DNA of 64,000 bases from Eledone cirrhosa (taxonomy: Eukaryota), in contig OZ024743.1 of NCBI GenBank assembly GCA_964016885.1, positions 3,162,001 to 3,226,000 on the forward strand. Reading direction: 5' to 3'. Below the pieces are notes generated by a model. The model had not been told where the DNA came from and made no database searches. It saw nothing but the letters and a program-made list of their open reading frames with translations. Of the stretch, positions 41,105 through 56,219 are shown one piece after another; within the stretch, counting starts at the first letter, position 1; the number at the start of each line of letters is the position of its first letter. The position numbers and the translations under genes were made by a program.

Positions 41105-42796
41105 ATAACGAAGGAAATGTGGTAAGGAACCAGGTGGACCATAACGCACCAAAGTACTCAATACTTGAGGTAGTAGAGTGGGTAATAGGAACCAGTAAGA
41201 CCCCGACAGCTGAGCTCAAGCCGTTTCGACGGCTAATTCTGGACTAAATGAAAATTTATCCTGGTATTTAAATAGCCGATCTTCTCAAGGGGTAATTCCA
41301 TATATGGTCAAAGTGATTGTCAAAAATCAGTAGTAGTTCTGTGGTTGCAAATTAGTAGGGGAGATGGTGGCTAAACCTGCCAGTAGGAGAAAGAGGGGAG
41401 GGGGTGGAGTAGACCCAATCAAGCGTTGGTAGTGCCAGCTACAGCTGGGCATGAGGTCAAAGAAGATACAGGGGAGGGGGAGGGGGTCGGAACGGTAGGT
41501 AGAATAATGGGGGGTAGAAATATAGGAAGGAAAAAATACTGAGAGTGAAGAAAAGCAAATAAGTGTAAAGAAAAAAGTAAAGTAAATTAAATTCTACGAC
41601 CTAGGTGTCAGGCTATTGTTAGGCTAGAATAAAATAAAGAAAGAAAGAAAGAAGTAAAGAAGTAAATAAATAAAGAAATAACGAAATAAGTAAAAGAACT
41701 AGGTGGGACGAAATAGGCAAAGACCCTTTTAAGAGGTATAAGTACGTAAATGATACGGTGACGGGTCAACAAAAGGGGCCAAAATACTAAAGAGACTACC
41801 ACGAAATAAACAATAAAGGTTTCCATCCCGGGCCAGCAACGACCCAGTGCAGCAAAGTGAACTTGTACAAGATAATAATACTGAGTCCCGAGAAAAATAT
41901 ATACTAATGCTAACTCTAAAAGATCTAAAACAAGCTACATGAAAGTTCGTACGAAATAAAGGTAGAATACGGAGAAATAAATTCAGAATCCACCCCGAAT
42001 TTATTTCTCCGTATTCTACCTTTATTTCGTACGAACTTTCCTGTAGCTTGTTTTAGATCTTTTAGAGTTAGCATTAGTATATATTTTTCTCGGGACTCAG
42101 TATTATTATCTCGTACAAGTTCACTTTGCTGCACTGGGTCGTTGCTGGCCCGGGATGGAAACCTTTATTGTTTATTTCGTGGTAGTCTCTTTAGTATTTT
42201 GGCCCCTTTTGTTGACCCGTCACCGTATCATTTACGTACTTATACCTCTTAAAAGGGTCTTTGCCTATTTCGTCCCACCTAGTTCTTTTACTTATTTCGT
42301 TATTTCTTTATTTATTTACTTTACTTCTTTCTTTCTTTCTTTATTTTATTCTAGCCTAACAATAGCCTGACACCTAGGTCGTAGAATTTAATTTACTTTA
42401 CTTTTTTCTTTACACTTATTTGCTTTTCTTCACTCTCAGTATTTTTTCCTTCCTATATTTCTACCCCCCATTGTTCTACCTACCGTTCCGACCTCCTCCC
42501 CCTCCCCCTCCCCTGTATCTTCTTTGACCTCATGCCCAGCTGTAGCTGGCACTACCAACGCTTGATTGGGCCTACTCCACCCCCTCCCCTCTTTCTCCTA
42601 CTGGCAGGTTTAGCCACCATCTCCCCTACTAATTTGCAACCACAGAACTACTACTGATTTTTGACAATCACTTTGACCATATATGGAATTACCCCTTGAG
42701 AAGATCGGCTATTTAAATACCAGGATAAATTTTCATTTAGTCCAGAATTAGCCGTCGAAACGGCTTGAGCTCAGCTGTCGGGGTCTTACTGGTTCC

Positions 42797-42798
<2 letters not shown>
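41105..42798. mobile_element. Large fold-back pLTR-type element (~800-bp arms) with HHR
   Basis: Arms 41184-41984 and 41997-42798 with a 12-nt spacer. Extension 41105-41183. TA flanks. Confidence 0.85.
42691..42784 (+). ncRNA. Type I hammerhead ribozyme, U3-A8 variant, extended stems II and III
   Basis: acccc TTGAGAA gatcggcta...tagccgtc GAAA cggcttgagctcagctg TC ggggt. Confidence 0.75.
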
Positions 42799-42858
<60 letters not shown>

Positions 42859-42861
42859 AAT

Positions 42862-42928
<67 letters not shown>

Positions 42929-42941
42929 TATATATAAATAT

Positions 42942-43204
<263 letters not shown>

Positions 43205-43455
43205 AATATATATATATATAAATATATAAATATAAATATATATAAATATATATAAATATATATAAATATATATAAATATATATAAATATATATATATATA
43301 AATATATATAAATATATAAATATATATATATATATATAAATATATATAAATATATATATATATAAATATATATAAATATATAAATATATATATATATATA
43401 AATATATATATATATAAATATATATAAATATATATATATATAAATATATATAAAT

Positions 43456-43486
<31 letters not shown>

Positions 43487-43502
43487 AATATATATATATA
43501 TA

Positions 43503-43554
<52 letters not shown>

Positions 43555-43569
43555 AATATATATAAATAT

Positions 43570-43602
<33 letters not shown>

Positions 43603-43612
43603 AATATATATA

Positions 43613-43644
<32 letters not shown>

Positions 43645-43647
43645 AAT

Positions 43648-43680
<33 letters not shown>

Positions 43681-43683
43681 AAT

Positions 43684-43714
<31 letters not shown>

Positions 43715-43717
43715 AAT

Positions 43718-43748
<31 letters not shown>

Positions 43749-43751
43749 AAT

Positions 43752-43806
<55 letters not shown>

Positions 43807-43807
43807 A

Positions 43808-43916
<109 letters not shown>

Positions 43917-43989
43917 TATATATATAAATAAATATATATATATAAATAAATATATATATATAAATAAATATATATATATAAATAAATAT

Positions 43990-44098
<109 letters not shown>

Positions 44099-44117
44099 AA
44101 TATATATATATATAAAT

Positions 44118-44622
44118 ACCAAAGAAGGGTTTCTCCCTGCGTACGAAAGGCCGGTTGTATGATGCCTGTGTGAGGAGCGCGATGCTGCATGGTAGTGAGA
44201 CATGGGCAGCTACCGCAGAAGATATGCGACGGCTGGAGAGAAATGAGGCAAGCATGCTCCGTTGGATGTGCAGTGTAAATGTGCGTGAACGACCCAGCAT
44301 AAATGTGTTGAGAGAGAAACTGTGTCTGAGAGGGATAGAATGTAGTGTACGGGAGAGGAGACTGAGGTGGTATGGACATGTGATGCGCATGGAGGATTAC
44401 CGATGGGTGAAGAAGTGCCAGGAAATGCCAGTTGAAGGAAGACGTGGTAGAGGTAGACCACGAAAAACATGGGCGGAGGTGGTGAGAACAGACCTCAGAT
44501 CATTGAAGCTCACGGTGGAGATGACGAGGGACCGTGACGAGTGGAGAGATGCTGTGCTGAATAAGACCCGTCCCACCCTTGCAAGCAGGGAAAAGCGGAC
44601 GTAAAATGATGATGATGATGAT
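44118..44622 (+). mobile_element. RTE family C 3' fragment
   Basis: ORF 44155-44604 ([36 protein letters not shown]) followed almost immediately by (GAT)n. Confidence 0.88.
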
Positions 44623-44737
44623 GAAATATATATATATATATATATATATAAATATATATATAAATATATATATATAAATATATATATAAATATATATATA
44701 TATATAAATATATATATAAATATATATATATATATAA

Positions 44738-44768
<31 letters not shown>

Positions 44769-44817
44769 AATATATATATAAATATATATATATAAATATA
44801 TATATATAAATATATAA

Positions 44818-44852
<35 letters not shown>

Positions 44853-44881
44853 AATATATATATAAATATATATATAAATAT

Positions 44882-44930
<49 letters not shown>

Positions 44931-44951
44931 AATATATATATAAATATATAT

Positions 44952-45783
44952 ACAGTATTTTCCGTTGTGTTGTAATATAAATATTACACACAGTAGATTA
45001 TCAGCTCACGTAGAGTTTGCTCGACGGTTCCAGTTGTAGTTCCAAAAGTAATCCGGAGAAAAATAGAAAGATTTGAATGGATACAGTTTAGTTGAAAGGA
45101 ATTTATTGACACGTGTTTCTATAACAGTTACATAACCTAAAACAGCTATCTACAAACTTTTAGTTATGCAGACATTCAATATTTCAATGTTATTATTTAC
45201 TGTCATTTCATCAGAATAATATTACTGAGGACCTATTTAGTTTTTATAGAGAATATTAGGAGGGAGGGGTGAAGTTGTTGGAAGAATAGTTGAAGGAGTG
45301 GTTTTTCGATAGCAGTGAGAATTCTTGGTGGCAGTGAGTAATTAGATTCCCATCTGTTGTTTTGACATTTTTTATAGAATATATTATTGGTTATTTTTCT
45401 AAATCTATAGAAGGATTAGAGATAGTAAAGATATGCGTGGTTGGTTTTGTGTTTGCACTTAATTAACATTCAGACTTAAATTTTTTTTTCAAGTGTACGT
45501 ATCCTTTCACCCACGCATTCACACACAAATATATTTGCACACCTCTACAAAATACATATACTCACAATTCACATATTCATACTTACATATATATACACAT
45601 GCATACACATATATATACACACATGTATTCATGTACATACATACGCGCTCATGTGTATACATTTTCATACTCAACTTATCTTTATATACACACATATAGA
45701 CACACTCATATATACATACATACTCTAGTCCATGTGTACACACATACACATACTTACACATCCATATACACATATATACATAC

Positions 45784-45815
<32 letters not shown>

Positions 45816-46905
45816 ATATATATATACATACATATATACATACACATACATATACACATATATACATACATATATATATATATATAAGCACTTTAATACA
45901 TGAATACACTTACATCTAACTATACACATCAAACATATATATATATTTACTTATTTATATACATTTTCACATATATATACATACTTATGGACGTTTTTAG
46001 ACACATTCAGAAAAATATAAAAACAATCTCTTCTCAACATATATTAATAACCTTAAATTACCATACTAATAATGAAAAGATATGCTGATGAGAATAGGTA
46101 CAAATATGCGATAATGAATGTGTCTAAAAACGTCCATAAGTATGTGTATATATATGTGAAAATGTATATAAATAAGTAAATATATATATATGTATATATG
46201 TGTATATGGATGTGTAAGTATGTGTATGTGTGTACACATGGACTAGAGTATGTATGTATATATGAGTGTGTCTATACGTGTGTATATAAAGATAAGTTGA
46301 GTATGAAAATGTATACACATGAGCGCGTATGTATGTACATGAATACATGTGTGTATATATATGTGTATGCATGTGTATATATATGTAAGTATGAATATGT
46401 GAATTGTGAGTATATGTATTTTGTAGAGGTGTGCAAATATATTTGTGTGTGAATGCGTGGGTGAAAGGATACGTACACTTGAAAGAAAAATTTAAGTCTG
46501 AATGTTAATTAAGTGCAAACACAAAACCAACCACGCATATCTTTACTATCTCTAATCCTTCTATAGATTTAGAAAAATAACCAATAATATATTCTATAAA
46601 AAATGTCAAAACAACAGATGGGAATCTAATTACTCACTGCCACCAAGAATTCTCACTGCTATCGAAAAACCACTCCTTCAACTATTCTTCCAACAACTTC
46701 ACCCCTCCCTCCTAATATTCTCTATAAAAACTAAATAGGTCCTCAGTAATATTATTCTGATGAAATGACAGTAAATAATAACATTGAAATATTGAATGTC
46801 TGCATAACTAAAAGTTTGTAGATAGCTGTTTTAGGTTATGTAACTGTTATAGAAACACGTGTCAATAAATTCCTTTCAACTAAACTGTATCCATTCAAAT
46901 CTTTC
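44952..46905. mobile_element. Large fold-back pLTR-type element with HHR
   Basis: Arms ~45064-46008 and 46116-46905 with a ~107-nt spacer. Extension 44952-45063. Confidence 0.85.
46752..46868 (+). ncRNA. Type I hammerhead ribozyme with long stem II
   Basis: ttatt CTGATGA [~88 nt] GAAA cacgtg TC aataa. Confidence 0.75.
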
Positions 46906-46911
46906 TATATA

Positions 46912-46949
<38 letters not shown>

Positions 46950-47344
46950 AATATATATATAAATATATATATATAAATATATATATATTCATATATATAT
47001 AAATATATATATATACATATATATATAAATATATATATATACATATATATATAAATATATATATATACATATATATATAAATATATATATATACATATAT
47101 ATATAAATATATATATATACATATATATATAAATATATATATATACATATATATATAAATATATATATATACACATATATATAAATATATATATATACAC
47201 ATATATATATACATATATATATATACATATATATATAAATATATATATATAAATATATATATATAAATATATATATATAAATATATATATATAAATATAT
47301 AAATATATATATATAAATATATATATATAAATATATATATATAA

Positions 47345-47377
<33 letters not shown>

Positions 47378-47455
47378 AATATATATATATACATATATAT
47401 ATAAATATATATATATAAATATATATATAAATATATATATATAAATATATATATA

Positions 47456-47595
<140 letters not shown>

Positions 47596-47610
47596 AATAT
47601 ATAAATATAT

Positions 47611-47659
<49 letters not shown>

Positions 47660-47676
47660 AATATATATATATAAAT

Positions 47677-47759
<83 letters not shown>

Positions 47760-48520
47760 AATATATATATACATATATAAATATATACATATATATACAT
47801 ACATAATATATATATATACATACATAAATATACACACTACACACACATTTAAGGTTATGACTTTTTTTGTAATCTTATGTTCCTGTGCCATAAATCAATG
47901 AATTTTTGTTTAAAAGTAATGAAAAAGGCATTAATTTGATTTAGTTCTTGAAAAAGGTTACCCCAAACCAAAAATTCAATTTTACCATATATGCCATAAG
48001 AGTAAAAAATGAGAATATTTCAGAAATTTTATTTTTCCATTTGCTAATAACGTAACTGGATAATACTTATCTATTTTTAATGCATTTAACAGTTTATAGT
48101 TATAGCATAACATAGAAACTTAGAAATAAGCAAAAGTTGCAAACTTGCATATACAATTAGAAACTTACAACTACAAGTAAGAATAGCTATATAAAGAAAA
48201 ACAATGTGGAATATTTAGCATAATATACAATTATTATGTTTTGTTAGACAAAATAAATCTAAGCTGAACTTTCTCTTTCTTTTTACAGACATTATAAAGA
48301 TCTTGAAGGCTCTTCATTGCCTGTTCTGCACATTGATTTGTTCTGAGAATTTCGAGTCTTAATGATTCTGGGTTCCAAAACTTTTTCACAGAGTTGAGTT
48401 GTTTGTAGTTATTTACAAGTCATGGATAAATGGATATTCAATATTAGGCGATGTGTTCTTTCCTCCAAGTTTGTCATTGAAATTTCTAAAATCGTATATA
48501 AGTATAGTATTACAATGACT

Positions 48521-48678
48521 TTCTGGAGCCCTCTAGGACTTTCTGGAACCTTCTAGAACTTTTTGTAACCTTCTAGAGTTTTATGGAACCTTCTAGAACT
48601 TTTTGGAGCCTTGTAGAAAATTTATGATGTGCATTTTGTGGGACTATATAAGAGTGAGCACTAGTTGGGTTGTCATTT
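48521..48678 (+). promoter_or_regulatory. Heat-shock element array + TATA box + Inr-like motif
   Basis: Five 20-bp repeats of TTCtgGAAccTTCtaGAAct type (48521-48620). TATATAAG at 48645 and TCATTT at 48673. Confidence 0.65.
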
Positions 48679-48805
48679 AATAAGGTGAATGGGAAGTGTT
48701 GTGTTGTCAAATATTTTTCTTTGTTTCAAAGTATTCAAGTTTCCTGATTGAGAAAGCAAGCTGTTGATTTGCTGAAAGATTTCCAAGCATTCATTTTTAA
48801 GCATA

Positions 48806-50477
48806 ATGTCACATAAAAAGTGCTTCTACCACAGAGAAACAAAAAGATCTGGATGAAGAATATCATAAGAAAAGAAGAATTGTTCCACAAGAAAAACAAT
48901 CATTGGAAAACAAAACAGGATATCACTCAAAATACAAATTGTTGGTTGATATCTGTTCTTTGGAGCATCCATCAAAGGAAGGAAAGAACTTATAAAAGAA
49001 ATTGCAAAAGAAGTATCAAGTTAAAAGCAAAAGAAATTAAATTTCCCAAATCTATCAACTCAAGTCATACAAGCAAAACTGGATAAAGTGTTAAACACCG
49101 ACGACTGTGTGAAACGAGGAAAATATGATCCATTCAATGAAATTTTTGACATCACAAAAGAAAATGGTGAATGGTTGTTTAGTGATTTTCAGATTGAAAG
49201 CAAAAGACAACTGGAATAACTACGAGTTCCAAAACTATTCATCCATCCAAAGGAAAAAAAGTGACCTTTGAGTGAACTACAATAACAACAACTTCAACTT
49301 ATGAATCAGAGAGTCTGAAAGTTCTGGAGAACAATCTACAAGAAAAAGAAATAAGTATAGCAAAACCAACACTGCAACCAAATTAGTAACATCTTCAAAC
49401 TTCTCAACCAAAGCAGCAAATGTTTGTCAGCAATTATATCAAGAAAGGATTGTTGTTAAGACACCTTTCTAATCCGGTATTTACCGATTTACTATTAAAG
49501 AATCTGTTAAACTTAAAGAAGAAATGAAGAAAACACAATACTTAGAAAATTGGTCATTGCATTTTAATAGTAAACAAATTGATGGCCAATAATATCAAGT
49601 GCTCGTTTTGAAGAATATAAGAAGAGAAGTTAAGTTAGAAGCATTAGGTCTATCAAATGGAAAAGCAGATACTGTTGTCAAAGCAATAACAACTGTTCTG
49701 GTTGAATGCAATGTATGGAAGAGCATAAAAACAATTGTTGCAGACACTACAAATGTGAACACTGGCAGGATGAATGGAATTGTAATTCAGTTACAAAGAC
49801 TATTAGCTCAAAAGAAACTGGAAGAACCACAATTCATTGGTTGTCAACATTATGTTCTTGACTGAGTGCTACACGTAGTAATCAATGACAAACTTGGAGG
49901 AAAGAACACATCGCTCAATATTGAATATTCATTTTACCGTAATTTGTAAATAACTACAAACAGCTCAAGAAGAATTTCAAGAATGGTAAACAAGAGATTA
50001 CTGAAACAGCAGATGGTGTGATGATATGAAATTTCTATTTCATTTGACTCAAGTTTTCCGCTTTTTCAAAGAAACTGAAAGATTTCCTAAAGTGAAGTTT
50101 AAAAAAATACCTAACTTGAGCAATGCAAGATGGAATTGAGAGCAATACTTGCTCTTTTGGCTTTTATTCTTCTATCAGAGAAAAGAGACTTGGTACTAGA
50201 AATTTGTAGATTCTCTCTTACAGATGGGTGGACTATTAGTTTACGGACCAAATCTACAATGGAGATGATTATCAGAAGCTATATTGCAGCTTAAAGGCTC
50301 ACAAAAAAAGAATTAAACTCTGTGAAAAGGTTTTGGAACCCAGAATCATTAAGACTCGAAATTCTCAGAACAAATCAATGTGCAGAACGGGCAATGAAGA
50401 GCCTTCAAGATCTTTATGATGTCTGTAAAAAGAAAGAGAAAGTTCAGCTTAGATTTATTTTGTCTAACAAAACATAA
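48806..50477 (+). pseudogene. Degraded DDE transposase
   Basis: WSLHF..., ADTTNVNTG, FIGCQH (CxxH), SNARW, TNQCAERAMK..FILSNKT*. Multiple stops and frameshifts. Confidence 0.75.
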
Positions 50478-50869
50478 TTGTATATTATGCTAAATATTCC
50501 ACATTGTTTTTCTTTATATAGCTATTCTTACTTGTAGTTGTAAGTTTCTAATTGTATATGCAAGTTTGCAACTTTTGCTTATTTCTAAGTTTCTATGTTA
50601 TGCTATAACTATAAACTGTTAAATGCATTAAAAATAGATAAGTATTATCCAGTTACGTTATTAGCAAATGGAAAAATAAAAGTTCTGAAATATTCTCATT
50701 TTTTACTCTTATGGCATATATGGTAAAATTGAATTTTTGGTTTGGGGTAACCTTTTTCAAGAACTAAATCAAATTAATGCCTTTTTCATTACTTTTAAAC
50801 AAAAGTTCATTGATTTATGGCACAGGAACATAAGATTACAAAAAGTCATAACCCGAAATGTGTGTGAGT

Positions 50870-50948
<79 letters not shown>

Positions 50949-51563
50949 CATGCTTGCTATCAAAGAGAGCAGACATTAAAATGAAGATGATAGACATGCT
51001 TAAATGTTATTAGACCTCATAAGCATAGTCTACTTAAACCTGCTTTGATGAGGTAACAATTTTTTACATACAGAAAAAAGTTACCAATAGCTTTTAACTA
51101 GTATAATTTAAATAATTAAAAAACATGAGATAATAGTAATAATCCATGTGCCAATAGTATGAACTTAGATAAATAAATTAAGGACTGAATTACATATACA
51201 AAAATTCTTAATTAACTGAAACTTTCATTAATTGTAGAACAAAAACCTAGTAGTAATTGTTAGCAACTCACAAAGAATTAATTTCTCAAAGTTTATTTAC
51301 ATGCTCAGGAAAGAAAATGTGATCTTTGGTCAATGGAAAGATAGGTAAATACATTACTACCCCCCCCCCCCCCCCCCAAATATTAATTTGACTTTAACCA
51401 ATAAAATAGCAGCCATGTTACCTCATAAGTATGTAGAAACGACCAGCTAAAAGTGACTAGTCGAATAAGGAACATTCACCAGAGATTGGCCTTTTAGATA
51501 AAAACAGCAAATTTCATGTTCACCAGCAGACCACTAAGAAACAGAATTATTGCCTTAATTTCT

Positions 51564-51604
<41 letters not shown>

Positions 51605-51922
51605 GGAATGTAGAAAACACCATAGTACAGATGACTTATCTGCAGAACTGAATGTTAACTTTTTCATTACAAGGTTTTCTAAAGACCACCAGATACTGAT
51701 GACCATTTTGAAAGCAAAATACACAAATGATTCCAAGAGTTATATAAAAACAATAGTGAAAATTATTGTGTACAGTGCTCAGTTGCACTACAAGTTGTTG
51801 TCTGCTTTTTGTCTTTTCTTGTGTGATAAGTGTGTATGAATATAGGATAACATGGTTGTGTACCAAATTAGTATTTCCAAAATGCTGTTGATCAGAGAGA
51901 AAATCCAGATGTTTCAAATTTC

Positions 51923-51954
51923 TCAATCTTCAACTAAAATTGAGTCACTCTCAT
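51923..51954 (-). CDS. Predicted terminal coding exon of host gene (DESDSILVED*)
   Basis: Strong acceptor tctttttctctctacag, phase-1 compatible with exon 54417-54503. Candidate AATAAA at 51292-51297 (minus). Confidence 0.5.
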
Positions 51955-52299
51955 CTGTAGAGAGAAAAAGAAAATAGAAAAATATTAAAAGTTGGCAGTG
52001 AATGGCAGAATCTGTAGAGCTTCAGTTAAAATATTTGGTTGTATTTGGTTTTGTCATTTTGTGGTGAAAATTCAAATTTTGTCCAGGTTGAGTATTTGAA
52101 TTATTATAATTGAAGGTAGTACCCTCGCATAATAATGACTGAAAAATCATATATATCATTATCGTTGTTGTTTCATGTCCACTTTTCTATGGGTTGAAAT
52201 GGAATGTTTTAGAACTGGATACACTTCCTGATGCTAACACTTTTAGTCTTCTTTTACGACAAACAGGGATATGGTGCCCATATTCTTAAAACCAGGATA

Positions 52300-52710
52300 C
52301 AGATAGAATTGAAACCCGGAATCAAAAGGCCTCAAAATCAATTTGGCAAAGACTAAAGTGCTAGTAAGTAATACAGAAATCAAGGCCTTGATTAATTCAG
52401 GGAAGTAGCCTCGCTCAGTATGCAGGAAAGGAGTAGGTAAAATTCCATTCTATGTATAAAATGTAACCTATGAATACACAATAGATGTAATTGGGAACTC
52501 AGACAATTAAAGAATATAGGCTTTGTATATGACTGATGCATAGGAGCAGTAAGTATCAAAAGATCAGATGAAACAAGCTCTATCAAATACTCAGGTAGTT
52601 CCCTAGAGTTGGTTGATAACTATTGTTAATTGGGGGTCAAATTGCCAGTAGAGGTGGGTGTTCTGAAAGGACAGTAGCCAGAGTTGAAACTGGTTAAAAA
52701 ATTCAAGGAG
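52300..52710 (+). mobile_element. Highly degenerate RTE fragment
   Basis: Decayed ESKGLKINLAKTKVL..RKGVG.NSILC homology. Confidence 0.65.
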
Positions 52711-53861
52711 TAACACTGACACACTATTAAGCAACATTTTAATGATTGAAAACAAAAGAAAACATTTTGCTCAACATATGTAGGTCAGTAACTATTATAG
52801 CCAACAGTCAACTTATATGCATCAATACAGGTCTTTTGCAGTTCCCACAAGCATATGAACTGTTAAAAAGTACTGAGCCACATACTTAGGTTGCTTAAAA
52901 AATGAATAAATATGAATATAATAAAAAATAAAAAAAATATTTTACTTAGTAAATCATTGTAAGATAATTTGATTTTGTATCTTGTGTAGTTTCTGTCAAT
53001 CACATAAAGAAACGTAGTAAAAACAGTGACCTCTCATTTTCTGATGTTTAGATGTATAGAGTGGAAAAGGAGGGCTATGGTAAAGAGTAGAATTTCACAC
53101 AGATGGAAAAAAAGAAAATGAAAGCAGGGTTTCATTCTGATGTAGTTGCAGTCTTTTTATTTACTGTTTATGAATACTAAACCTGCAAAGGTTGAGTGTG
53201 GTTCATGTCACTTTAGTTAAATTTCAGAAGGAAAACCTCTTCTCTTCCTAAGCGAGTTGATATCGATTACTTACTTAAACAAAAGGACAATTTATGGAGA
53301 GATAACTGCATCAACTACTGCTTATCACATGCATTTATTTCATCCATCCCAAAATATTTACTCTCTCAAATCTTAACAATCAACAAGATCCCAAAACACA
53401 ATCGTTTACCGAGTGTGGTGGAACTTGCCAAATTGGACCACGGAAACAATGTTTCCATTGTTCTTTCCATCGCTGATACTATCTACTGGTCACAACTCCT
53501 GGCAGAAAAAGTATTTCCTAAAGCGTGCATACTATTATTGCTGTTGCCTCAACATTATTTCAATGCTGTAATGAGAGCTGAAGTGGTAGATTTGATTTCA
53601 GCTTGAATAAATTGATTTGAGATTTGAAACATACAGGAGAACTTAACCATAAGAACTGTGCCATGGCCGAGTTTGGTTGAGGAATTTGCATTCCATTTAG
53701 AATAAGGTTGCATGCTGAAAACACTACTGCATTGGAACCTTTGTATTTGCATAAGAACTTGTCTTGCCCACTTAGCTAGCTCCATTAAGTGAAGCTGCCA
53801 TATTAGATAGCTGCAACCCATATTTGTTTGTCACAGGCCTAATTTCAAGCTAATATGTATT

Positions 53862-54261
53862 CTATTAATAATTGTTTCTACTATTGGCACAAGGCCAGCA
53901 ATTATCCCAGTACATTACTGGTACCTTATTTTATCGACCCCATAAGGATGAAAGGCTAAGTTAACCTCGGCGGGATTTGAACTCAGAATGGCAAGGGCCG
54001 TAATTCTATGCGTCAAAGCATGGCGTCCGACCCTCTACCGATACTGCCAATTCATTCTATTAATAATTGTTTCTACTTTAGGCACAAGGCCAGCAATTAC
54101 CCAGTGCATTACTGGTACTTTATTTTATCGACCCCGTAAGGATGAAAGGCAAAGTCAACCTCGGCGGGATTTGAACTCAGATCGTAAAGGGACGTAACTA
54201 TGCTGGAAAGCATGGCGTCCGACCCTCTACTGATACTGCCAATCTACCGCCCTATTAATAA
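53862..54261 (-). mobile_element. Tandem dimer of Nin-domain SINE
   Basis: Two copies (~53868-54051 and ~54061-54251). CTATTAATAAT occurs at both flanks and at the junction (TSD-like). Confidence 0.8.
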
Positions 54262-54416
54262 TGATTGGAAATATTTGGATCAATGAACAATGAAAGATCT
54301 GTTTTGATCCTTTAGGGGTTCACCTGAAGATGAACAAAATTACAAAGGTAGTTAAATATTTGGGAGTTGGTCAAAATAAAACTATATGAAGCATTTAGGA
54401 AAAAAATAGAACTTAC

Positions 54417-54503
54417 CTTCTAATGGATTTTCAGACAATGATAGACGAAAATTTCTGTATTCAGAAAACGCGGTGGTGGTTTTCAAGGAATCAAACAACT
54501 GAG
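54417..54503 (-). CDS. Predicted internal exon of host gene (SQLFDSLKTTTAFSEYRNFRLSLSENPLE)
   Basis: ctttcag acceptor, gtaagt donor, 87 nt, open in phase 1-1. Confidence 0.6.
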
Positions 54504-56219
54504 CTGAAAGTGTATATTTTAAATGGATACTAAATCAAAATCCACCAAAGCTTCATTAAATATTTATTTGAGGCACAAATAATCAGTAACCTGTGTTATT
54601 GTTTAAACAAGTCAGTTCTGATCTAGCATTCAAATCATGTCCATCCTGTATTTCTTTTTGTAGTAGCATACACAAGACTTCATTATCAAATATATCCTTT
54701 TTCTAATGATACCAGGGTGCAATTTGGGTAGATTTGGTACACATAGTATATCCATCAAAACCATAAACCTAATTCATATTTCAGTAGTATTTCTTCAACT
54801 ATTCCTATAAATATAGGTTATGGTTTGTTTCTATATAGTTCTTAACTGTTCACATCTATTTTCCAATGCTAGTTATACTCTTGCATATGAACTACATGAC
54901 TAAATATGTTTAGAGTTAAGTGTTGTTGTGCTAATCACTGTCTGAAAGTGTTGTCTAACTTAAAACATAGTTGTTTTAAGTTAGACAACACAACAATATG
55001 TGCTTTAAGGCCATCTTTCCTGCTAAAGCAAAGCCTAGCCTTACGGACCCCATAGTAAGTTTTACACTCATCATGGGGTCCTTTTTGAGGTAATGTTTTA
55101 CAGCAGGATGTCATTCCTGGTGCCAACCTTTTCAGTCACCTCTTAAGATATGCAGAGATACAGTGTGCCTACTCTAAACCAAATACACACAGTAATATTT
55201 TAAACTAGGTAAATTGAAGCAATCATAGCAATTTAGTTTGTCTAGATGAGTATAAAATGAAATAGAATGAGTAAGATTTGAAAATATCCTTCTGAAATTT
55301 ATTCTAAAATAACATGAACAATAGCTACTTTGCTTTCTGGTATATTTCTTACAGAGTGCATAACATCAATGTCATCTAGCTATAAACAAAAACAAATATG
55401 TTGCAATGATACATAAATAATAATCAAAGGAAAAAATGTGCATTAACATTTAGAAGAAGTTATTTAGTAGATGTTTGTGTTGAGAATGTGTGTATTTGTG
55501 TATTGTATCACAGAAGTCACCATTGAAGATGTTAAAAGCAATGTTGTGGAAAATAGCATCTTACGACTTTATAATTGTTTATATAAAATTTATTTACAGA
55601 TTACAAAGGTTAGAAGAATGTCTCTTGAGAGGATAGTTAATGTTATCAATAAAAAGGTTATAAAGGTTTAAATGGCATGCCAAGAGAAATTATTAATTAA
55701 GAGTTTAAGAAGGTACGGTCAACTGGCTGAGGCGTTAGCCAGACCTGTAGTGATATCTTGCTACATATTGTCTATGCTTGAGGCACGAAAGCAAGAGATG
55801 TTTACCTTCACGGTGTCGAACTGCAAGAGAGAGAGTGTTTCAAATCGCCGCAGGAATCCCCCCTCTAGGCGGAAGTCGAGATACATTCTCCTACGCTGGT
55901 AGCGATTAGCTGAACTGAGCCAAACGTGCGGAGAATGTATCCACGAGCCCTCGGGATGTAGGTCACTACAATACCCCCTATTTAGTCTTGCAAGACGATA
56001 TATAAAATTGAATCAGCAGGAAAAATGCTGAAAGAGAGCACATCAATGAAAAAATTGAACAAAAGAATGCATGCAAGAAGAAAAATGAGGCGCTAAGGGT
56101 CGTGTTGAGCCACTGTGTCAAATGACTAGCTGTTTTGCTATTTATGCGTGACCACCCGGGGTCTAACAGAAAACGGATAAAGTCTTACATGGGCAAAGTT
56201 GCTGTTCTTGCATTAAATG

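Larger units (their letters stand above)
47840..50866 (+). mobile_element. DNA transposon with ~540-bp TIRs, probably hAT superfamily (hATm-like)
   Basis: 47840-48381 is the inverted copy of 50330-50866, with a decayed transposase inside. The termini merge into CA/TA repeats, so no TSD was resolved. Confidence 0.8.

Noticed and set aside
46085-46115. CTGATGA in the palindrome spacer
   Set aside because: No stem II/GAAA/UH arrangement follows. Chance match.
52948-53182. Additional host exon candidates
   Set aside because: Stop codons occur in the phase required by the flanking exons.
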